From Camelus ferus (taxonomy: Eukaryota): a stretch of 64,000 nucleotides of DNA. Positions 36,850 to 47,110 of this stretch are shown piece after piece; position 1 is the first letter of the stretch, and each line of letters opens with the position of its first letter. The notes beneath the pieces are model-generated. The model was given only the letters and a program-made list of their open reading frames with translations, did no database searches and was not told the DNA's origin. The stretch spans positions 70,620,001 to 70,684,000 of the forward strand of contig NC_045697.1 of assembly GCF_009834535.1 (NCBI RefSeq), written 5' to 3'. The translations under genes and the position numbers were made by a program.

Positions 36850-37200
36850 ACCAGGTCTCTGCCCATAGGCAATCCATAAACACTTCTGTTGCCCCCCTCC
36901 GCTGATTACTAGACCTGAATGATATGCCTCATTTTATGTGTTGCAGGATTGACAATGCAGTTTGCACAGAATTGATAACCCCTGAAGTTTTTAATTGACT
37001 GATCCTAATGGCTCATTGTATTTTCATGGATAATAAGGCCATCCCTTTAATACCAAGGGCCATAAAATATGATACAGTTGTCACTCAGTCCAGTAGCAAT
37101 CATGATGACATTGCTACTGAGGTTTATAAATTAAATCTATTATCAGCCTAATGTAACTAATAAAATCAGTCTGTTATTAATAAAGTTTCACCTTATTAGC
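36850..37200 (-). other. Candidate conserved non-coding element (MER121-like ancient repeat)
   Basis: Minus strand AGTAATCAGCGG-N6-CAACAGAAGTGTTTAT resembles the recalled MER121 consensus. Dense TAAT/CCATAAA motifs and a perfect 10-bp inverted repeat at 37091-37119. Confidence 0.4.
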
Positions 37201-37543
37201 TGTGCTGCTTAAGTGGAGAACTGGAATATTTAGAAAGGTATTTTTATGACTGAGGAATGATCATTTTTTTCTCTAAAAATAAACTTTGTATATGTAACAT
37301 TCACACTACGATCATTCTCAAACAGGAAGTAATCCAAAGGGATGTAATCAAAGAAACCCACTGTGATCTCAGGGTTTTGTAGTCAACACAAAATAACACA
37401 TGAATTTCAAAATAGTGAAATAGCACAGACCATCCAAACAACAGATAAAAGATCCCAAATTATTTTCCTATGATTAAATAATAAAGGTGCTACTAACTTT
37501 ATTTGCTAAATTTAGAGTAAATTTCATGAAGAATTAATCCTAC

Positions 37544-37675
37544 CTTTAGGAGTCGTTCCACCTGTTGATTTCCCAGCAGGACTTGTCAATGTCACCTCAC
37601 GTGATGTTGGCATGGGTGTAGAGGTTACTGTAGAGGTTATTGTAGAGTTTGTCGATGGTGATGAAGCAGGAGGTT
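37544..37675 (-). CDS. EMCN: EMCN coding exon 2 (132 nt, phase 1-1), mucin domain
   Basis: Minus strand TTTTTTCCCCAAATCAAAAATACAG|AACCTCCT...ACTCCTAAAG|GTAGGA. Translates (E)PPASSPSTNSTITSTVTSTPMPTSREVTLTSPAGKSTGGTTPK(G), ending like human ...TTGTTPKG. Confidence 0.88.
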
Positions 37676-37825
37676 CTGTATTTTTGATTTGGGGAAAAAA
37701 GTAAATTGCGTTAAAGTAGTTACATTAAAATTTACATTTATTTTGCCAATCAACAGACTAGACTAGTATAAAGTAAACTGTATATATACTGCTGCAGCAG
37801 GGTATGGGTTTGGAATTAATTTTCT

Positions 37826-37870
37826 TTTCTTCTTTTTAATTTTTTAATTGAAGTATAATTGATTTACAAT
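37826..37870 (-). mobile_element. Ultra-short L1 3' tail insertion with TSD
   Basis: Degenerate poly-T plus ATTGAAGTATAATTGATTTACAAT (L1 terminal 24 nt), flanked by GGAATTAATTTTCT (37812-37825) and GGAGTTATTTTTCT (37871-37884). Confidence 0.7.
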
Positions 37871-38813
37871 GGAGTTATTTTTCTAATTATAATGAATTCA
37901 GCCTTGAGTTCAGTATTCATTCACTAAATCCATCTACTTCTCACCAATGGCATGAATTTTCAAGATGGCTGGCAGGAGCCATGTGTGGTTCCGTAGTAAA
38001 ATAATATCTGACAGAACTGGGGAGGAGTAAACGTGTAAATGTGAAATTTAACAATATTCTTAAGCCAACTAAATGAACATTGTCAGATGAAATAATTAAA
38101 TAGGCATTTTCTAGGCAGTGGATATTCTGCTAAATGTTTTTGTAGTATGTTAATTTAAAGTTACTAAGTACTAAAATGTCATATTAGTACATCTCTTCTT
38201 GGTATATAGCATTTTCCTCTTTTTCTCTCCTGTCTGCTCTCTCTCTACACATATGTATATGTATACATACATATATACTACTTATATATATACATATTCC
38301 AAAAAGACAATAAATTTTAAAGAAATTCAACAATTGCAACATATCTTCATTTTTGGCTATGGAGCCACCATAAATCTGTGTTTTCAAATGATTTATTTCT
38401 CTCAATTGTAATAATCAAAAACACAGAAGTAAAGGTGATACATTTTATACATTGTTATGTATATCATATATTTATTTTTAATAATTTTTGGCAATAGAAA
38501 GTCAACATCTTAGAATTTTTAAAAAATTATTATAATTCTTAAAATTTCCATTGCAATATTATTTTTTTCAAAGTGCAGTACATAGGACTTAATACTCAGT
38601 GATCGGTGGAAAGATTTGTTTCACACAATATTACTGTAACTTATTGGTATTGTATAATCTTTTTAATCCTGTATTTGTTGGACTTGTCTCTGTATACTCA
38701 CTGTTAAGTTGAAGATCAAAAAACAGCAAACAAATGTCTACAAAGAATGTGGAAAAGTATTCCTGTTCATGGGAAGCATTATTTTTATGATGTTACTTCA
38801 TCTGTATACAGAA

Positions 38814-39030
38814 CAGTTGACCCTTGAATACCTTGAGGGTTGGGGGTGCAGACCCTCCACATATTCGAAAATCTGAGGATAACTTATAGTCAGCCCTTCC
38901 TATTAAAAGTTTCTATGCATCCAAAGATTCAACCAACTTCAGACTGTGGAGCAGTAGTATACACTATCGAAACAATCCATGTGTAAGTGGACCCAAGCAG
39001 TTCAAACCCACGTTGTTCAAGGGTCAACTG
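38814..39030. mobile_element. Tigger2-family (TcMar) MITE
   Basis: Perfect 15-bp TIRs CAGTTGACCCTTGAA and TTCAAGGGTCAACTG, followed by TA. Confidence 0.88.
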
Positions 39031-40289
39031 TATGTAGAGTCAGTACGACATTAGTTAAGAGGATGGACTTTGAGTAACAAAGACTTACTTTCAAATCCCA
39101 AACTGGGTATGTCATTACAGTAAATGTATGTCATTAATATGACTTCTCAAATTTAAATTTCATCCAAAATTTTGAATCTGAGAAAAGGCAATAAGCTGGC
39201 AAGTCAATGAAAAGCCGTATTTCAGATGTCATGAGCTAGAGTGTACTTCCTGTTTCATTTTACAGACTTGACAGGCTTGGAAGCATTAGCGCTGACTTTG
39301 TTTATTATAGGCAGTACAAGAAATTGCTTGAGGTATTCAGCGCATACAGAGTGTTCAGCACAGACGGGAATGACAGAACTGCCTTTTCACAGGCTTTACG
39401 GAAATCAAGTCAAAAGCTTTTTTCACCTCGAGATACAATTCACACCTTGGTCTTACTTTCCTCCACTCCCCCAGCGCACCCCCCGCCCCCAGCAATATGC
39501 AGCAGGGAAAGGAACACAGCATGCACGAGGTTACCTTTGCTCTGTTAGGCATTTTGTTCTCATTATCTTTCCTTTTGGCCTAGTGTCCATGATGTAACAC
39601 TAATTTCTAAGGTTAAATTGAGGTTGAGGGAGTAGATACTCAAAGAAGCATATCCCACTTGGACTGAAACTCTAACCTGCAAATAACTTGAATGATCTCT
39701 ATCTGTTGACTTGCTTAATAGCAACAACCTTAATTTCTGAGCATAATCAACATTTCCAGAGATATTTATCGTATTTCTTGCCTCCTTCTCTTACTTCCTT
39801 ATTTCCTTCTTTCTTGCCTGTTTTTGCTTCCACACACACTTATTGGGTAACTAATATAAAAAGCACAGTTAGATACTGTAAAAGACGCTATGTTGTACCA
39901 CATCACATCACCCTTGCCCAGCTTTGCCTCTGGAAGGGAACATAATGCCTGCACACAATCAAAAGTAAAGAATATCCTGTATGAGTTGTGCAGACCAGTG
40001 TTTTTCAAACTCCAGGCCATGATGCAAGTAAAGAGTAATTTAAATCTATTTAATGGATTGCAGTCAGAGCTTTTGCCAAATGAAAGAGAAAAGAGACAGT
40101 ATTAGAGTAATATTACAACTAATGAGGGCTAGTATTGTTTCATGAAACTTTTGTTTAGGAGAGTGTGTGTGTATTTGAATAAAATGTGTGTCAGTGCAAA
40201 ATACATTTCTTATTATGATTCCAGCTAAAAAAATTTGAAAGCTAAGGGACAAAAAATAGTTGGGGCAAGAGTTGATAAGATAAAAGATG

Positions 40290-40600
40290 ACCGCCTACTG
40301 GCATGAGCAAGGAAAACTTCATGAGAGAGTTGACATAGGAGCTGGAGCTGGAAGAGTAAGTGATGTGTACACTCAGGAAGAGGAAAAAGCCTGGGCAAAG
40401 GTCTGAAGTGGGGGAGTGAGAGGTATTTGAGAGGACTATAACCAGTTCTGTTTGGCTGGATTGCTGTATGCCATGACAGGACATGATGGACGTTGTCTGG
40501 TAAAATTCTGGAGGCCAGATCATAAAGGACCTTGAGCATCAAGCCAGGGACTTGGGACCTTATCTACAAGTCAGTGGGGAGCCCTGAGAAGTGATCAAAT
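40290..40600 (-). mobile_element. L2 LINE fragment
   Basis: Antisense L2 motifs (GGGCAAAGG, GTTTGGCTGGA, GGCCAGATCATAAAGGACCTTG, CAGTGGGGAGCC). Confidence 0.7.
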
Positions 40601-40989
40601 GGAAATTCTACTGTTGGGAAAATGATGGAGAAATGAGTGGGGCAGAGAAGGAAAAGATACCAGTTGAACTCAACCGCAACCCCCATTTTTCTGTTTACTA
40701 ATGTCATCAGCCCTCCTCAAGTCATCAAGTGAGATCAGTGAGTTCACACCTGTAAAATGACTGCAGGCAAACTACGAGGTGGCAAACTTTGAGCTACTTC
40801 TGTGGTAAGATTAAGATGCACTGTAAGGCTTTTCCTCCTCACCTTCCTTCTACACATTTTGCCACTGATTTCCCTAAGTAAAATCTTAGCCCATTAGCAT
40901 GCACTTAATGTCTCCATTATTAGCTCTTCAAATTGTTCAACAGAGAGAATTCCCTGTTTTGGCAAGGACTGGCAAACAACCCCTAAAAA

Positions 40990-41220
40990 TACTGATTGTC
41001 ACTATGTGTCAGGTAACATGTAAGTACCCTGTGGACTATCTCATTTAAGCCTAAGAAAGACCCTACAATGCTCAGTCCCTTTAAGATCATCATGTTAAGA
41101 GGACATTGAGGCTCAAAATTGGTAAGCAGCTTGCCCACATTATACACCAGGAAGTGATACAGCTGGCATTTTAGTCCAGACACCCTTGACTCCATAGTAT
41201 ATATCTTTAACCATCAGACA
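40990..41220 (-). mobile_element. MIR SINE
   Basis: CACTATGTGTCAGG...TCTCATTTAA...TTGAGGCTCA...GCTTGCCCA...GACTCCA pattern. Confidence 0.65.
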
Positions 41221-44200
41221 TCTGGCCACAGGAAGGTAGCTCCATGCAAAGCCACGTGCCCCTGCTGCACCTGCTTTCTGCCTTTGACAGGGTATGATAT
41301 TAACAGGGTGAAGTGATTAGATATACAGATGCTTTGTCCCTATGTACCTAGGATGAGGAAAGAGACAAAGCATGACCCTTTTTTTTTTTTATCAATAACA
41401 AGCATTCATTCTGTCATACACATACATAAACACAGATATAAAATGTTTTCATATTAGACTTAAAGCTTTAAAGGATGTTTTCAATCTTTTAAAACTATTT
41501 AAAATTGAAAAATAAAAATTTAGATTTACTCAGTTTGAAAAATTCTGCAGATAGGAACTTTCTCTTCTGATACGGTAGAAAAAGAATTAGTTCCTCTAAC
41601 TACCACTGTTGAAAGTTTTATTGACCAGGATACAACTAACCACCAGTTACGCTTTACTGTATTATCTGTAAATTGCTTCTAGGTCTGATTTGATCTCATA
41701 ATACACTATTGAGGAAAATAATTTATTCTGAATCGTTTTGTCTTCACAGGACATGGTGAAGTAGCATTTTTCCTCTTTATCTCCAGAATGATCAAAGATA
41801 AATTTAACAAGACCTGCGCTTCATGGCTTTGCTTGTGCCAAGCCAGATAGTGCTGCTCTTGGGATGCTGTAAGAGAAACAGATGGCATCTTGTCCTGATT
41901 CCACCCTCTACCCACACACTCCAACTGAGAGCACATGAGGGATACCATAGCACCAGTTTCCTATGTTATGAAAGGGTGAAGCATTATTGGGGTTTTAACA
42001 AAATAACTATTTTAATTGTAACAATTTCAAGAAATTGGAGAATTCACTTTATGGCTAGAAATCAAGTATCATATTTTCTCCTGTTTTCAAATGATCAAGT
42101 TATCGACTCCAACCTTCTTAGACTTGCTTTGTAATTACATTTCTAGGTAACTCACAAATAGTCTGTAAGTTAGAATTTCACTCATACTCATAATGAACAG
42201 CAACTTCTCTGGTGATCTTTTTCCCTACCTAGTCTATGTCTAAAGTCCACTGAAAATCCACTACTAAAGAAGACTGATCTTACTTTTTCTAGATCAATAC
42301 AAACACTGAATGACAGTAACTTAAAATTAGAGCACTTGAGACCTGGAAGAACTTTAAAAAATATATCTTAATGTGATAGAATCCCCGCATTTTAAAGCTT
42401 AGAAAATGTATGAGTTTAATGTAGTTTCAAAAGATCATAACACCAATTAGTTAAAAGTTCCCTTGATCCCCAATTACATTTAAAAAATCTTTATTATATA
42501 AAAAACCTTTTTTGTTTCTCCTGATTCTACTATTTGAGTATGTGGAATGCCCTTTTGACAGAGACAGTGCTGAAGTTTCCCTTCGAACTATATGAGAAAA
42601 TGTTTATTTTGCCAGTTTTAACCATAAACAGAATTTCAGAAGAAGGTCAAGTTCTTGAAGGGAATAGAAGGACGGTTTCTTTAGAAATATATAATTACAG
42701 TATATTCAAAATGCTAATTACAAAATTATTTTATAAGCCCTCAAAGTAACATTATTAGGTAATAATTTCATTATCGAGATCAATTGATCCATGGAATTCA
42801 AGGTAAAGTAGATAATTTTGTATTTCAATAGCTTATAACATATTATTCCTACTATTTCACATTGTCTTCATGCAAGCCACTTGTTATTTATGCCATCCCA
42901 TGGGCTTTTAGAAATTTTATACAGGTTTTATGTTGAAACGAAGTAGCTGTCAATTTTCACTTATTATTTGTGGATATTAGGCCCTATGTATCCCAGCTTG
43001 TGATGAATATAGATCCACTTCTTACATTTGCATGTGATAGCAATGCGTAAATTGGGGCATTATACGTAGTGAGAAAGTCCTTTTCCACAGTACTTTGTCA
43101 GGAATTGCTAGCATTGTAATTTTCGTTCAACATATACCTTGTATCTTGTCAGCAAAGGAGTAGCAGTGAATTAGCAAAATTTAAGTTGAAAATTTCAACT
43201 TTCCCTCACACATTAAAAATAGACTAAAAAATATACATATACAACATAGTACACTACAAATTTATATATAAAAGTAAAATATATTTATATAGTAATATAA
43301 TTAAAATAAATAAATAAAATACGGTACCACCTTCAAGATTCCCATCAAAACACGAGCCTTCCTGAACAGCAAGGCACCAACTCCTTTTGGTTGTCAGCGT
43401 CACATCAACACATCTTTGTGTTAATAGTGATCCTTGTCTTTTGGCACAGCAAAGGTCACTTTGCTTCATTGCCAACCAAATTAAATACAGTTAACTTTTC
43501 TCAATTAAAAAGAAAACAACAGTTACTGTGTGATGATGTATTCTCGATGACTTCTATTTTCATTGATCTAAAATTTTTATATCTTAATTGAAATGTGTAA
43601 GTAACTTACTAGCCTATGAATTATTTACCTCAATCAACATTTATTAAGCATCCATTTCAATAAGAGCTAAGCAAAAATTAAAAATACGTTTTTCTGAGAG
43701 GAACTTAAGAGTTTATTTTGATACTCAAGCTATACATATATGAAACAACTATCAGGTTATGCTAAGGCATCATATAAAAAATGATGCTAATTAATACTAT
43801 GCACAGCTGGTTCTATACAATGTTAGGTGATGTCTCTCTGTTTGTCTGGAATAATCAGAATCATCTTCTTGATTTCAAGATTTCAAGAGGAAGAAGAGAA
43901 TTGAGCACAACAAGGAAAGAAAAAATATTTCACGGAAGAAAAGGAAGAAAAATATTCAAATAGAAAGGGAAAGTCAATAGTGCCAACTAAAACAGAGGCT
44001 ATGTAACCCTGGGTCTGAGAGGGTCATTGATGACATTAGACACTTAAAAGCAGAATTTTTGTGGAGAGGAAAACAGGAAAATCCTATTTTCAATGTAAAC
44101 ATCAGAGCAAGTGGCAACTCTTGAAACAGGATTTGAAATTTATTTTTTTTTCAATTAAGGCTAACGAAAGAGTGAAGCAAGCACAAAAGTTTTGAGAATG

Positions 44201-45379
44201 CTTACCTTTCCACCTAGGAATTTGGGGGATACTTTAGAGGAAAATCTCATCTCTCACAGAGAGGAAAATATGCAGAGAAGTGGGAGTTAGCTGTGCTCAA
44301 AAGAGGAATCTCCTCAGGTTGCCAGCCATCTGTGAGGTGGGGAGGGCGCTGCCAGGCCTGGCGGGCTGGAGCGGGGACAGGTGTCTCAGCCACCTGGCCC
44401 CTCGGGGGAGGACAGGAAGCCAGCCTTACATCGGTGAGTTTCTTAAACAGAAAACAAAAATATCTGCAAAATGAACCTGAGGCCCTGAGGTGTTTTGGCT
44501 GACAAACGGGCGGAGGCTCACAAGGCAAATTTCCTCCACTCACCCAGGTGTCAGGGTTGAGATTATGGGCCATGCACGCATTTTTCCTTCACAAGATAAC
44601 TGTGATTCTTTAAAAGTCATGTTCCATAATAAAGAGCTATTCGAGACTGTGGACTCTATTATAAGGGGGCTTTTTGTATACTGTTTGAGGAGTTTCAGCT
44701 CTTTGAGGTATAAAAAGGCACAGGTTGTGTTTAATATTTTTGGAGGTGGCAACAGCAGGGGAAAGGGGCAGCCTGGCCATACCCCTGGGCTTTCAGTTGG
44801 CCACCCCGAGATCCCTCCTACCAGGATCTGCCCTGACCCCAGACAGGAGCTGTGGCTCTGCAGCTCAGAATGCATCTTCCAGGGAAACGAGATGGCACCA
44901 GCAAGCTTTACAAGCAAGTCTCTTGGGGCTTGTCTCAGCAAGGGGATCAATTTGGGGGCCCTCTCAGTCCCAGGAGGAGTAGCCAGCACTGTTCTGTCCC
45001 TTCTCTGGGTTTATGGAGGGCTTTCTAAGATACAATTTTTTTTTTAGTATCCTTTTCACTATGTTTGTTACTGGTTCTAGAATTAGGGCAATGCTAGCGT
45101 TTTTTTGTTTTTTTTTTTCTTGTTTTGAGGTAAAGCAACAGTGATATGGTAAATGTATTATTATTTGGTCTCATTTTTAAAGCAGAATCACCAATTACCT
45201 TACCTTGATCATATCAGAGAACTATTTTTCCCTCTTTATTTTATTTGCATCAAATTATTTTTTAGTGTATATATTTAGTGTTCCCTGTGAATGCAAGAAA
45301 AAAACACTAAATAAATGAAAAATTATCTTGGGAAGGAATAAAGCAGGGACAGTGTAGTGTAGGGAGTAGGTGACCACAG

Positions 45380-45540
45380 GTCTCCAGGACCGGGTTGCCC
45401 AGTTTGAGTGCAGGCCCAATGATTTACCAGCTATGTGACCTTACGCAAATCATTTAATCTCTTTAGCTTCTGTTTTTAATATCATAGAAACATAACCTAT
45501 AGAGTTTCTGTGCAGAACAAAACATTAATACATATAAAAG
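45380..45540 (+). mobile_element. MIR SINE
   Basis: TTTACCAGCTATGTGACCTTACGCAAATCATTTAATCTCT core. Confidence 0.65.
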
Positions 45541-45592
45541 GTGGGGGTGTAGCTAACGTCTGGGTTACACTAGAATTTATCCTGATTAAAAA

Positions 45593-47110
45593 CTACAGTA
45601 ATCAAAACAGCATGGTATTGGTACAAAAATAGACATATGGATCAATGGAACAGAATAGGGATCCCAGAAATAAACCCACAAACGTCTGGTCAATTAATCT
45701 TTGACAAAGGAGGCAAAAACATACAATGGAGTAAAGACAGTCTCTTCAGCAAATGGTGTTGGGAAAACTGGACAGCAGCATGTAAATCAGTGAAGTTAGA
45801 ACACTCCCTCACACCTTACACAAAAATAAACTCAAAATGGCTTAAACATTTAAACATAACACAAGACAATATAAATCTCTTAGAAGAAAACATAGACAAA
45901 ACATTATCTGACATAAATCTCAGCAATATTTTCCTAGGGCAGTCTACCCAGGCAATAGAAATAAGAGCAAAAATAAACAAATGGGACCTAATTAAACTTA
46001 TAAGCTTTTGCACAGCAAAGGAAACCATAAGTAAAACAAAAAGACAACCTACGGAATAGGAGGAAATATTTGCAAAAGATGAGACTGACAAGGGCTTAAT
46101 TTCCAGAATATATAAACAGCTCATACAACTTAATAAGAAAAAAACAAACAACCCAATCCAAAAATGGGCAGAAGACCTAAACTAGCAATTCTCCAGTGAA
46201 GACATGCAAATGGCCAATAGGCACATGAAAAAAATGTTCAATATTGATAATTATCAGAGAAATGCAAATCAAAACTATAATGAGGCATCACCTCACACCA
46301 GTCAGAATGGCCATCATTTAAAAGTCCATGAACGATAAATACTGGAGAGGGTGTGAAGAAAAGGGAACCCTCCTACACTTCTGGTGGGAATGTAGTTTGG
46401 TGCAGTCATTATGGAAAACAGTATGGAGATTCCTCAAAAAGCTAAAAATAGACTTACTATGTGATCAGCAATCCCACTCCTACACATAAATCCAGAGAGA
46501 ACCTTAATTCAAAAAGATACATGCACCCCGATGTACATAGCAGCAATATTTACAATAGTCAAAACATGGAAACAATCTAAATGTCCATCAACAAATGACT
46601 GGATAAATAAATTGTGGTATATTTATACAATGGAATACTACTCAGCCATAAAAATAATAAAATAATGTCATTTGCAGCAACAAGGATGGGCTTGGAGATT
46701 GTCATTCTAAGTAAAGCAAACCAGAAAGAGAAAGAAAAATACCATATGATATCACTTATATATGGATCTTAAAAAAAAAAAAAAGACAAAAGAACTTATT
46801 TACAAAACAGAAACAGATTCACAGGCATAGAAAACAAACTTATGGTTACCGGGGGGAAGGGGGTGGAAAGGGATAAATTGGGAGTTTGAGATTTGCAGAT
46901 ACTAACTAATATATATAAAATAGAAAAACAGCACACTCATACTGCATAGCACAGGGAACTATATTCAATATCTTGTAGTAATTTATGGTAAAAAAGAACA
47001 TGAAAACAAATACATGAATGTTCATGTATGACTGAAGCATTATGCTGTACACCAGAAATTGACACAACATTGTAAACTAACTATACTTCAATAAAAAACA
47101 TATATACAAA
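45593..47110 (+). mobile_element. 5'-truncated lineage-specific LINE-1 (3' end of ORF2 plus 3'UTR), camelid-like
   Basis: ORF 45637-46059 is L1 ORF2 (DQWNRI...QLIFDKG...[11 protein letters not shown]...[18 protein letters not shown]) with premature stops. The C-terminal motif [18 protein letters not shown] lies near 46340-46393. AATAAA and an A-rich tail follow, with TSD AAAAACT at 45588-45594 and 47111-47117 after a TT|AAAA site. Confidence 0.95.

Noticed and set aside
45593..47110. Active retrotransposon
   Set aside because: 5'-truncated with no EN or RT core, and with in-frame stops (for example TAG at 46057-46059).
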